A stretch of DNA of 64,000 nt from positions 31,062,001-31,126,000 of the forward strand of contig OZ024741.1 in the NCBI GenBank assembly GCA_964016885.1. The letters run 5' to 3'. This document shows positions 14,228-26,014 of the stretch, one piece after another (position 1 is the stretch's first letter; each line of letters starts with the position of its first letter). The position numbers were made by a program, and so were the translations under genes. The DNA comes from Eledone cirrhosa (taxonomy: Eukaryota). A model generated the notes under the pieces. It saw only the letters and a list, made by a program, of their open reading frames with translations, did not search any database and was not told where the DNA came from.

Positions 14228-14440
14228 GTTTCTACTTTAGGCACAAGGCCAGCAATTTGAAAGGGAAGGGAAAATCGATTAAACGATCCCAGTACGTTGC
14301 TGGTACTTTATTTCATCGACCTCGTAATGATGGACGGGATTTGAAATCAGAAAGTAAAGTGTTAGTGTTAGGGTTAGGGTTAGTGATCTAATTATATACT
14401 GCAAAGCATGTCCGACGCTCTACCGATACTGCTAATCCAT
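14228..14440 (-). mobile_element. tRNA-derived SINE copy
   Basis: ggcacaaggccagcaat..ctggtactttatttcatcgacc..gggatttgaa..taccgatactgc. Confidence 0.75.
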
Positions 14441-14499
14441 CACAATTCTAAATATATTATATTCCTGTTGTAAGTTTTTTCTCTGGCAATGGGTTGCTA

Positions 14500-14730
14500 G
14501 GTGAAGCTTGTTACTTGACCTCAGATCAGTCCCTTATCTCAGAGTCTCAATATATCACATAGGTCTCTGGCAGTGCTAGTGATGGTTGAAATATGGGCTC
14601 TATATATGTAGTTGGGTATCCCAAGTCTTTTGATGAAATGTGTTAGAATTTTATTAACCGTACAAAGTGTCCTAATAACAATTGGAACGTCTTCTGTGTC
14701 TACTTGACGAGTGGCCCTACAACACAACAA
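14500..14730 (-). pseudogene. 3' remnant of an RLE-type (R4/Dong-like) LINE
   Basis: VPIVIRTLCTV..RLGIP..TARDLCDILRL resembles the VPIVIGALG..TARILR.VL C-terminus of R4/Dong ORFs. Confidence 0.45.
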
Positions 14731-14932
14731 AAAAATAAAAATATCGGTCCAAGTTTAGCAAGATTACCCCTATGTATACATACGGGCCTTTATTGGAGAG
14801 CACTGCTATTCCAGCAGACCAACTAAGAGAAGCGTAAGGCTGAGTCTTATGAAAAATGAGTCGTGTCTATCTAGTTCTTGTGTATCTGAAATATAGTGTT
14901 ATACTCGATTCTATAGAATATATTCATATGTA

Positions 14933-15002
<70 letters not shown>

Positions 15003-15013
15003 TAACAGATTAA

Positions 15014-15064
15014 AGTTTAAGCGAAGAATCGCTGCTTTCACCCTTAACGGGATCTTCTGAAACT
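15014..15064 (-). ncRNA. Hammerhead-like motif, A4 variant (CAGAAGA)
   Basis: AGTTT-CAGAAGA-tCCC gttaa GGGt-GAAA-GC..GC-TT-AAACT; also at 19090-19140 (-), 17093-17142 (+) and partially at 20626-20665 (+). Confidence 0.55.
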
Positions 15065-15417
15065 AACAGTGTCAATCTGTAAACTCAGAAGTGGATATTT
15101 CAAAAAACGTTGCAACCGGAGGAAGACAGGAAGACGATACTTTGGTTCGTGGAAACGTTCCCTGGCAAAGAACGGGAAAAAACGAATATAATACGTCATT
15201 AATAGGAGCGGTGAATAACAATTACACGCAAAGACAGAACCACGTTTATGGTATAAAAGAAGTCGTAGACTAATGTTCTCTTAGGTGGTTCATAGAGACG
15301 TTCTCTGACAATGAACGGAAAAAACGAAGATAATACGTCATATGTGGAGTGTGGAGAACAATTGCACGCAAAGACAAAACCACGTAAATGGTATAGCTGA
15401 AGTCGTAGACTAAAATT

Positions 15418-16235
15418 CTAACTAGGAATTCTATACGGGTAATACAAGCCATTCGATAAATTGAGGGTAACGTCGAGGTAATTATCGACCTGTATAGAGA
15501 GGTTGAAGCCTTTAAAGAAGGCTGTGATTTCTTTTCTGAGCCTGTCGCAAGCACGAGGTCCGCACTTAGTCATGGTCAAAAGACCATCATCACGGTACAA
15601 ACCACCGCCCGCATTGGGGAATTCGTCCTTGATACAGAAAAGAAGGTAAAGGCCGATAAGATCAGTAACCTCTGCAGAATCACTGGCCCCCATACTCACG
15701 TCGAATGGGGTACTATTGCATTTTTTAATCCAAATAGAGTCGTCGAAATTAATCACCGACTTACGGGCATTGACGATGACATCAACTTCGAAATCCTTAA
15801 CCACTGTGAGTGTTTTAGCTAAATTGATAGCTCTAAGGAGAAGTGGTAAAGTGATGAAGGAGTACTAATTGTTGATGTCGAATTGGATAAAACGGCAATG
15901 TTCCTTGTTGCATATGCCGTTGAACCAATCAATCACCGCGAAAGAATTGTTCCACAGTGCAAAAGGGGCCAAACTTCTAATTTCAGGTATAATTCTATCA
16001 AGAATACTTTTACTAAGTCTACCTAAATCGGACTTCGTAGGGTTAATAAGCCGAATAGAGGGGTTATTCGGAAAATTGGATTTGTGATCCTTCAGGGTAA
16101 AGTGGGGAGAAATAGGGTCCAGAGGTTCGGTCCGGTCCAGGATGTTGAGATCAGAGGTGATTTTAAACTCAGCATCGTTGATTTCATTGATGACGCACCG
16201 ATTAGTTTTACGGTAATCCTTAGTCACAGCTTTAT
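15418..16235 (-). pseudogene. PLE reverse transcriptase fragment (Naiad/Chlamys-like)
   Basis: FTLKDHKSNFPNNPSIRLINPTKSDLGRLSK, VIDWF, FIQFDI, FDVSMGASDSAEVTDLIGLYLL, GLYRDDGL, YLDVTLNL; one stop at ~15865. Clade assigned from motif memory. Confidence 0.8.
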
Positions 16236-17252
16236 GTAGTAGTTGATGGTAAGTTGTGAAGTTATGTATACTTTCTCGTACGTATATTTGATTGTATATA
16301 TTATGGCGTATAATTTTATATATTCTGGTAGATATAGTTTGGTTGTGTATACGGGAGTTTTGCGTCTGTGTGAGTATGCAGGTTCGTACGTATGTAGGTT
16401 GTGTGTATATGTGTACTTCATGTTTTGATTGACGTTCGTCTCCGAACATTTTTGTATTTACATGTAGGTATGTGTGTGCGCTTGTTATATACGTACTTAT
16501 TTATTTATATACGTTTATTTAATTATTTATTTATTTGTATACACGCACACACACACACACACACACATATTTATATGTGCGTGGTTTTGTATACCTATGG
16601 CAAGTGTTTTCGCGTATGCTTGTGTATGTACGTATTTGCATGCGTGTATGTACTTATTTAATTTCTATTATATCTGTATTGTATTTTATTTACTTTATTC
16701 TTAACTCTGAAGTGGAGATTCATTCAGTTTCCTAGTTAGAATTTTAGTCTACGACTTCAGCTATACCATTTACGTGGTTTTGTCTTTGCGTGCAATTGTT
16801 CTCCACGCTCCACATATGAGGTATTATCTTCGTTTTTTCCGTTCATTGCCAGAGAACGTCTCTATGAACCACCTAAGAGAACATTAGTCTACGACTTCTT
16901 TTATACCATAAACGTGCTTCTGTCTTTGCGTGTAATTGTTATTCACCGCTCCTATTAAGGACGTATTATATTCGTTTTTTCCCGTTCTTTGCCAGGGAAC
17001 GTTACCACAAACCAAAGTATCGTCTTCCTGTCTTCCTCCGGTTGCAACGTTTTTTGAAATATCCAGTTCTGCGTTTACAGATTGACTTTGTTAGTTTCAG
17101 AAGATCCCGTTAAGGTTGAAAACAGCGATTTTTGCTTAAACTTTAATCTGTTATTTTAATAAATATTTGCTCTACGGTTCTTATATATTTGATATATATT
17201 TATCCTTATCGGACCTTCTTTGGATTTTAGTCTTCAAATTTATTATTATTAC

Positions 17253-17287
<35 letters not shown>

Positions 17288-17299
17288 ATGTGTGTGATT

Positions 17300-17560
17300 G
17301 TATGCTATAGTGTCTATAGCATACAACCATACATATGAATGCACACATATATATAGATGCCCTCCTATTTGCATCCACTAAAACTTTTTTTCCAATTACC
17401 ATCCGCCCGTCCCTTCAATCTATTTTATTTCTTATTGTGTCTTCTGATGAAGGACTAGCGTCCAAAACGTTAAGACCCTTTTCCTGCCATATCAAGCGTT
17501 AACCTAATATATTCCTTCCATATACTGTACCGATGGTGTTATTATTTCTATTTATTTACA
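17300..17560 (+). mobile_element. Solo pLTR 3' fragment with minimal hammerhead (17439-17476)
   Basis: gtctt-CTGATGA-aGGAC tagc GTCC-aAAA-cg-tt-aagac; same family at ~45220-45530 (+) and ~61860-62160 (-). Confidence 0.7.
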
Positions 17561-18099
17561 TACATATGTACATCAACTCTTACGTGGACCTCTCAAATTC
17601 GTTGGATTTTCAAATTGTATTTTCACATTGAAACTGGATTGACACCCGGAGTTTACCTAAACTTCCACATGGAAATCTTTTCGTATCACTGATATTTTCT
17701 TTGCTTCGTGCATTATTTAAATATACCACGACTCTCTATCTCTGTTCTTCCACTATACTCTTCTTACTTCCACCTTCTTCTTCTCACCCGTCTATTTTTC
17801 TCTCATCCCAGTAACTTCATCAAGACCAATCTCACATTTGTTTTATCCACCAGCTCCATTCCTCACTCAAACGCTTCCTCCAACCTTTTTCCCTTATTTT
17901 CATCCACTAATATCAATTTTCCAATTCCACTCCACCTGTCCCTTCAAACTTTCTAATTTCTCATGTGAGTGTGTGTGTGTGTCTGTGTATGTGTGTGCAT
18001 GGATGTGTGACTGGGGGGGGGGGTAGAGTTGTGTAAATATATCTATTTGCATAGGTGTGTTCATTTTGATGTTAGGTGTTTTGAAATATAATCAGATAA

Positions 18100-18203
18100 T
18101 ACATACATAGCTACCTTCATTCATACCTACCTACGTTCATATATACATGCATACATACATACACACATTCATACCTACCTACATTCATACATACATACAT
18201 ACA

Positions 18204-18234
<31 letters not shown>

Positions 18235-18285
18235 TGTATGAATGGGCCAAAAATTTGTGAAATTATAAAACCAGAGGAACATACA

Positions 18286-18312
<27 letters not shown>
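18100..18312. repeat. (TACA)n microsatellite
   Basis: Directly visible. Confidence 0.9.
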
Positions 18313-18321
<9 letters not shown>

Positions 18322-18926
18322 TATGCATATATTCATATGTTTAGTGGCTAACATCCTCATTTCCTTATTTGAAATGTCTATTAGCACTTATGATGAAGTT
18401 GTGCTATATTACTCAATTCCATCACCAAGCCCCTGTAGCATTTTACGCTTATTTCAATTCTAATGTTTGTCTTTTGGGGATTTCTACACCATCTTGCAGC
18501 AAACTTGAGATTTGTATGACATAATTACATTTTCTATTATCTAACTAACTTTGTTGAAATTTCTGGGGTTTTTTTTTATTTCACCACGCTACCGTTATAT
18601 TCTCATCCAAGTAGTGCTATCACCTATTAAATAGTAATTATAGACATAATTGAATAGGTGTGTAAGTTTATACTTATTTTATTTTACTGTTTTCTGTATC
18701 TGCGTTTATCTAAATTATATGACACAATGGCATTCTTTCCTTATAGGTATTGATTGACGTGTTAGCTTCTCATGAAACTTTTAAAATAACCATTTGCCCT
18801 CCAAATATATAATATATATATATATATATAAATAAAGTATTTCCGTCGGAATGATACAAGAAAAAAGAGTGCTCTATGTAGGCTACACAGCTTATTAGTT
18901 ATGTAATAAACAACATAAGATAATTA

Positions 18927-18985
18927 ATTCATTTACCAGTGGTTTCTTGAAGGCAGATGTTATGTCTGTCTTCAGTCGTCAGAAC

Positions 18986-18989
<4 letters not shown>
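18927..18989 (-). ncRNA. Type I hammerhead, canonical core
   Basis: Minus: TTCGTT-CTGACGA-cTGAAGACAGA cataaca TCTGCCTTCAa-GAAA-CC act GG-TA-AATGAA; lies in a ~160-bp insert between (TA)n runs. Confidence 0.8.
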
Positions 18990-19070
<81 letters not shown>

Positions 19071-19073
<3 letters not shown>

Positions 19074-20764
19074 TAAAATAACAGATTAAAGTTTAAGCAA
19101 AGAATCGCTGCTTTCACCCTTAACGGGATCTTCTGAAACTAACAGAGTCAATCTGTAAACGCAGAAATAGATATTTCAAAAAAGGTTTCAACCTGAGGAA
19201 GACAGGAAGACGATACTTTGGTTCGTGGAAACGTTCCCTGGTAAAGAACGGGAAAAAACGAATATAATACGTCATTAATAGGAGCGGTGAATAACAATTA
19301 CACGCAAAGACAGAACCACGTTTATAGTATAAAAGAGGTCGTAGACTAATGTTCTCTTAGGTTGTTCATAGAGATGTTCTCTGGCAATGAACGAAAAAAA
19401 AACGAAGATAATACGTCATATGTGGACCGTGGAGAACAATTGCACGCAAAGACAAAACCACGTAAATGGTATAACACACCCAATATAAGTTACACTGGGA
19501 GATCCTAGCTAGGGCTAGATCCTATAACGGAAATAAAAGACCATGTGACCTCTGCGCCGTTGTGGCCATGGAAATACTCTACGCCACAGACCACATCTTA
19601 AACAAAAAATCTGAGGCAATTCCGGCTTGTAAACATAAATTGCACAAACATTTCCTGTATTACAGCCCCACGTTATACCCTAACGGATAGTACGATCTAT
19701 ACGTGGATATTTTACGTCTTGATGTGCGAGCTAAGTATATGTTTTGTTTATACCATTACTTATTTGCATAGGTAAGTATATATTACCTGTATGTTTGTGA
19801 AGGTACGTATACCTTCTGGTACGTATATTTGATTGTATATGTTATGGCGTATAATTTTATATATTCAGGTACATATGGTTTGGTTACGTGTTACGGGAGT
19901 TTTGCGTCTGTGTGAGTATGCAGATCGTACGTATGTAGGGTGTGTGTATCTGTGTACTTCATGTTTTGGTTGACTTACGTCTCCGAACATTTGTGTATTT
20001 ACATGTATGTATGTGTGTGCGTTTGTTATATACGTATTTATTTATTGATATACGTTTATTTAATTATTTATTTATGGTATACACGCATACACAGACCCAC
20101 ATATTTATATGTGCGTGGTTTTGTATACCTATGTTAAGTTTTGTGTGCGTATGCTTGTGTATTTACGTATTTGTATGCGTGTATGTATTTATTTAATTTC
20201 TATTACTTCTGTATTGTATTCATTTACTTTGTTCTTGACTCAAAAGCGGAGATTCTTTCGGTCTCCTAGTTAGAATTTTAGTCTACGACTTCTGCTATAC
20301 CATTTACGTGGTTTTGTCTTTGCGTGCAATTGTTCCCCACGTTCCACATATGACGTAGTATCTTCGTTTTTTTCGTTCATTTCCAGAGAACGTCTCTATG
20401 AACCACCTAAGAGAACATTAGTCTACGACCTCTTTTATACCATAAACGTGGTTCTGTCTTTGCGCGTAATTGTTTTTCACCGCTCCTATTAATGACGTAT
20501 TATATTCGTTTTTTCCCGTTCTTTGCCAGCGAACATTTCCACGAACCAAAGTATCGTCTTCCTGTCTTCCTCCGGTTGCAACGTTTTTTGAAATATCCAC
20601 TTCTGCGTTTACAGATTGACTTTGTTAGTTTCAGAAGATCCCGTTAAGGGTGAAAGCAGCGATTATTTTAATAAATATTTGCTCAACGGTTCTTATATAT
20701 TTGATATATATTTATCCTTATCGAGCCCTCTTTGGATTTTAGTCTTCAAATTTATTATTATTAC
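19071..20764. mobile_element. Non-coding sister of the 14996-17252 element: inverted arm (19071-19473), unrelated filler, pLTR + tail
   Basis: Same terminal sequences as 14996-17252; 19790-20270 is homologous to 16250-16730; 19476-19790 differs. Confidence 0.8.
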
Positions 20765-20904
<140 letters not shown>

Positions 20905-21132
20905 GCAGTTACGTAAGAGTCTGCGTGTCTAACAATATACGAAATGTATAAGAAATATTGGCGAAGACAGGAAAATGAACTTTGAGTCAGTAGTCCAATC
21001 TCATCAGTCGACGGCAAGAGATACGTTTTTTCGTTGCTTTAAGGGTGATACAACTAACTCTTGTACACAAGGGACAGTTAAAAATGGACAAAGGAACAGA
21101 CGATAGTCTTAATGACTATTTACAAATAATCG

Positions 21133-21510
21133 TTTCTACTTTTGGCACAAGGCCACCAATTATTCCAGTATGTTACTGGTGTTTTATTTTATCGACCCCG
21201 TAAGGATGAAAGGCAAAGTTAACGTTGGCGGGATTGGAACTCAGACCATCAAGGGCCGTATCTCCTTGCTGCAAAGATGGCATCCGATGCTCTTCCGATA
21301 CTGCCAATCCACCAAATAATTGTTTCTACTTTAGGCACAAGGCCAACAAATACCCAGTTCATTACTGGTACTTTATTTTATCGACCCCGTAAGGATGAAA
21401 AGCAAAGTCAACCTCGGCGGGATTTGAACTCAGATCGTAAAGGGACGTAACTATGCTGGAAAGCATGGCATCCGATCCTCTACCGATACTGCCAATCCAC
21501 CGCCCTTCCA
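21133..21510 (-). mobile_element. Two tandem tRNA-derived SINE copies
   Basis: Minus-strand head with A box TGGCAGTATCGG and B box GAGTTCAAATC, then the conserved gcctttcatccttacggggtcgataaa domain. Confidence 0.85.
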
Positions 21511-22262
21511 CCAAATAATGCACAATGGACATGACAAGAGTCTTAACGATTATTGACCTATAATAGCAACACATGATCTGCAACTCAAAGAAGAAGAGAT
21601 AAAGAATATAAAAATGTTAATAAGATTAATGTACTGAGGAAGGAAATGAGCGTAAGGAAAGAAAAGCGGAAGTGTAAGATGAAATATATCAATTTGAAAA
21701 AAAGCAACAAAAAAAAAATACCTGCGTGGCCTTAAAACATACGAATGAAAGAAAAAAACAATATATATACACAGACAGTCGTCACAGCTCATCAGTTGAC
21801 CTCTAGAGATACGTTGTTTCGGTGCTTAAAGGTTGATACAACTGGCTCTAGTGCGAAAGGGACGGTTACAAATGGACAAAGGATAAGACGGTTTACAAAT
21901 ATATATATACATGAATGTGTGCACAGGTGTTAGTAATTATATGAATAAATATTCTAAAACGAATTCTATTATTGTGGAAAGCCATAATATGGTGGAGAGC
22001 AGCCAATAGATATGAAAATAATTCAGTTTAGTTAACTAATATTTACAATCATATATACACAACGGTAATATGCAGAAACACTAGAAAGTTTTATTAGAAA
22101 CTGAAACTTGTATAAATTAACACCAAGTTCTCTATATCACATCTCTTAACCTCACGGATTGACTGAATAATGGTGTTTACTGAATATATATGAATACGCA
22201 CACACGCTTACACAATTACATATAAACACACAAACACACACACTTATACATATGAATATATA

Positions 22263-22334
<72 letters not shown>

Positions 22335-22478
22335 CGAAGGAAATGTGGTAAGGAACCAGGTGGACCATAACGCACCAAAGTACTCAATACTTAGGGTAAT
22401 AGAGTGGGAAATAGGAACGAGCCGTCGAAACGGCTTAAGCTCAGCCGTCGGGTCCTACTCGTTCCTATATATATATAT

Positions 22479-22733
22479 ATATTATTAGAAATGTAAGCTA
22501 TCGCCATGTTTTGACTAAAGGAATTAAACAAATGATTTAGCCTGATAGTGGGTTAAGAACCCTCGGAGAAAGACGAGTATTGACGTACGTCAATACTCGT
22601 CTTTTTCCATTTCTCCGAGGGTTCTTAACCCCACTATCAGGCTAAATAATTTCTCTAATTCCTTTAGTCAAAACATGGCGATAGCTTACATTTCTAATAA
22701 TATCAAACCCGCTCGCTGTTTCGAAAATATTCT

Positions 22734-22737
<4 letters not shown>
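22479..22737. mobile_element. ~225-bp palindrome + ~35-bp tail in (TA)n
   Basis: Inverted repeat 22479-22703 centred at tgacgt|acgtca (22586/22587), with one small indel. Confidence 0.8.
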
Positions 22738-22782
<45 letters not shown>

Positions 22783-23041
22783 ATAAGATAAAATATATCA
22801 ATACAATAGGAGGGAACACGATAGTACCACTGATGGTGTTGCAAATGTGCAACGAAAGAACATTGATAGACTATATATATTTATATCTGTATTGTTAACC
22901 GTTGGTTGATAAACATTGATTGCCAAATAAATTAACTACGGAGATATAACAGATACAGAAGCGAAAACCACCCAACCAGTGAGTGTGTTCTGTTATTATT
23001 CCTGGCAATATTATCACAACAATATGACCCTCCCCAAGTAT

Positions 23042-23166
<125 letters not shown>

Positions 23167-23222
23167 TATACACACACCATCAACACTATAAACACAGAGC
23201 TGGCATATATAAGAACTGACTA

Positions 23223-23278
23223 ACCGCCTGATGAGGTCATAGCCACTCAATGGCTATCATCGAAATATATATAGCAGT
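23223..23278 (+). ncRNA. Type I hammerhead, canonical core
   Basis: ACCGC-CTGATGA(23228)-ggtcATAGCCA ctcaa TGGCTATcatc-GAAA-T-ATAT-A-TA-GCAGT; in a short insert between microsatellites. Confidence 0.75.
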
Positions 23279-23346
23279 AAATAAAGGATTATGAATTCAT
23301 GCAATTGACTTATGTTTCGTCACTATATATATATATATATATATAG

Positions 23347-24531
23347 GTGAAAAACTAGGGAGAAGAATACTGCAGGTTGCACATGGATAACTTGTAATAA
23401 AATGAGTCCCTCATCAGTGATTTGCCGACGATCATAGATATTTCATTGCATTAAAAATCATATACCTCACGTCGGTGCAATAATAACTAAATTAAGTTAT
23501 TAGGACAATTAAAACGCGTAAAGCGAGTGAGACAAATAAACAACAAAGAGGACAGCTAACCGTAGAGAGGAAGGGAACAAGCTACATAGTTATTCTGTTA
23601 GCATAAGCTAGGTGAATATATGAGCGCTTAGAAAAAAAACCTTTCGAGATGAATCCAAATGTGAGAAAGAAAGAAAATGTTTTCGTCGCGAACGGGGTGA
23701 AGTGAGAAGAGGAGAAACAGTGTGTGAGTGAGTGGAAGTGTGAGGAAGAGTTAACTGACATGACAGAGGGGGCGAAAGAAAGTAGGAGAAACAGAGAGAA
23801 CGAGGGAGCAGTAAGAGAGAGAGAGAGAAAAAACAGAATCGCAGTTTAGGTAAACATAAGTGAAAAAATGGGAAGAAGAATACTGCAGGTTGCACATGCA
23901 TAACATGTAATAAAATGAGACCCTCATCAGTGATTTGCCGACGATCATAGATATTTCATTGCATTAAAAATCATATACCTCACGTCGGTGCAATAATAAC
24001 TAAATTAAGTTATTAGGACAATTAAAACGCGTAAAGCGAGTGAGACAAGTAAACAACAAAGAGGAGAGCTAACCGTAGAGAGGAAGGGAACAAGCTACAT
24101 AGTTATTCTGTTAGCATAAGCTAGGTGAATATATGAGCGCTTAGAAAAAAGACCTTTCGAGATGAATCCAAATGTGAGAAAGAAAGAAAATGTTTTCGTC
24201 GCGAACGGGGTGAAGTGAGAAGGGGAGAAACAGTGAGTGAGTGAGTGGAAGTGTGAGGAAGAGTTAACTGACATGACAGAGGGGGCGAAAGAAAGTAGGA
24301 GAAACAGAGAGAACGAGGGTGCAGTAAGAGAGAGAGAGAGAGAGAAAAAACAGAATCGCAGTTTAGGTAAATATAAGTGAAAAAATGGGGAGAAGAATAC
24401 TGCAGGTTGCACATGGATAACATGTAATAAAATGAGTCCCTCATCAGTGATTTGCCGACGATCATAGATATTTCATTGCATTAAAAATCATATACCTCAC
24501 GTCAGTGCAATAATAACTAAATTAAGTTATT
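23347..24531. repeat. Tandem repeat, ~515-bp unit, ~2.3 copies, inserted in (TA)n
   Basis: agaagaatactgcagg recurs at 23361, 23874 and 24391; diverged relative at ~11490-11590. Confidence 0.9.
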
Positions 24532-24589
24532 ATATATATATTTATATATACGTAAATAAGACCGTTATTGCTACAAGTAATCAACTAAC

Positions 24590-24885
24590 ATTCAGCAAAC
24601 CCTCTAAACCGAACTCCAAACTGTACCCATGTCTTTTGACAAACCAAACTACACTCACCCTCCAAATTCTGAAAATGATACGCGGTTAACCCATGCAGGG
24701 TTGACACTGCACTCAGTGCTCCTGTGGAGCCTCTACATGGACACACTGGAAGAGGAAGACCGTGGTTAACATATGTTGATTCCTTAAGGATAGACACTGG
24801 TCTCTTGGAGACGCAGGACATGGCAGCGATAATGAGGGACAGAGACCGCTGGAGAGAACTCGTCCATTGATCTCGGGAACTTTAC
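24590..24885 (+). pseudogene. RTE-like LINE 3' remnant
   Basis: Translates to EPLHGHTGRGRPWLTYVDSLRIDTGL..MRDRDRWRELV, a typical RTE-type C-terminus. Confidence 0.6.
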
Positions 24886-24999
24886 CCGCCCAAGATAACC
24901 CATCCTCTCAAGCTCGGCATACTTAACCGAACCGCATCGGCCATCTAATGTAGAGGACTGGCGTTATCTAGTCTGCAGCTGTCATAGTTTCTATATAAT

Positions 25000-25175
25000 T
25001 GTTTCTATTATTGACACAAGGCCAGAAATTAAACAGTACATTACTGGTACTTTATTTTATCGACCCCGTAAGGATGAAAGGCGGGATTTGAACTCAGAAT
25101 GGCAAGGGCCGTAACTCTATGCGTCAAAGCATGGCGTCCGACCCTCTACCGATACTGCCAATCTACCGCCCTTCT
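25000..25175 (-). mobile_element. tRNA-derived SINE copy
   Basis: Same family as 21133-21510. Confidence 0.8.
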
Positions 25176-25650
25176 CGTTTCTATATAATAAAGCGAAATC
25201 TATTAGACCCTTGATTATGAAATGTCTGATTTCCGTAAGCACTTCCAATTTGAAATCAGATATATTATACTTAATGACCTGATAATATTATCTGCAGCGA
25301 CTACAATCCCATTATGTAATAGACCTTCATCTATCCACTTAGATTGCGTAATATCGCTCATCGGGAATTCCAGTTCTTATAACCATTACAAAAAAAATAA
25401 TAAAAAAAATGCGCAAGCCGTTAAAGAAATAAGCGAAATGAATCCAAGATGAAAAATATAAATATGTTATCAGAAAATATGATAAAAGTTGAGGCAAATG
25501 ATATAAACTTCAATGTCATTACTTATAATCCAAATAAATATAATATATATGTAAAAAATAATTAAGATCAAATCATAAATACACCAACCTACACGAACAA
25601 ATCAGATCAACCAGAGATTTTCAAAATTAAGTAACGAAATCCAGACTTAC

Positions 25651-25691
25651 CTACCTTGACTGTCGCTAAGAATGTGACCATCCTTCAAAAC
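25651..25691 (-). CDS. Possible 41-nt micro-exon
   Basis: Long polypyrimidine tract ..ttcctttctctgcgtag| and consensus donor AG|GTAAGT; open frame VLKDGHILSDSQG. Confidence 0.3.
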
Positions 25692-25870
25692 CTACGCAGA
25701 GAAAGGAAATAATCAAAGAAAGAAAGAATCCTAAGCTTCATATGAAAATTCGGTCTAGTATTGGTGAAATTGATAAACGAACAAATCCCTTTATAATTTA
25801 TTTTATGACCTTTACACAAACCTTTCAGGAAGGCGTGTATGCGGAACTACCACTCGAGGCTCCTAAGAGT

Positions 25871-25948
25871 GAAGAAGAAGAAGAAGAAGAAGAAGAAGAA
25901 GAAGAAGAAGAAGAAGAAGAAGAAGAAGAAGAAGAAGAAGAAGAAGAA
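25871..25948. repeat. (GAA)n microsatellite, possibly a LINE tail
   Basis: Directly visible. Confidence 0.95.
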
Positions 25949-26014
25949 AATAGATAGATACATAGAGATAGGTAGATGGATAGATAGGTACGTACGTAGA
26001 TATATAGATAGATA

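Larger units (their letters stand above)
14996..17252. mobile_element. Rearranged Naiad-like PLE: inverted pLTR arm (14996-15428), inverted RT fragment, pLTR with tail (16250-17252)
   Basis: ~430-bp inverted repeat (14996-15428 vs 16730-17161); PLE RT fragment between the arms; both ends in (TA)n. Confidence 0.8.

Noticed and set aside
14361-14383. TTAGGG telomere-like repeats
   Set aside because: Only two perfect units, inside a SINE; too short to call an interstitial telomere.
20995-21830. Possible type II hammerhead (GAAA..CTGATGA, minus strand) in two related repeats at ~21000 and ~21790
   Set aside because: Stems I and II do not pair convincingly in either copy.
22826-22870. CTGATGG-t-GTTGCA aatg TGCAAC-GAAA hammerhead-like motif
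   Set aside because: Core is mutated and no stem I/III could be formed; possibly a decayed copy.
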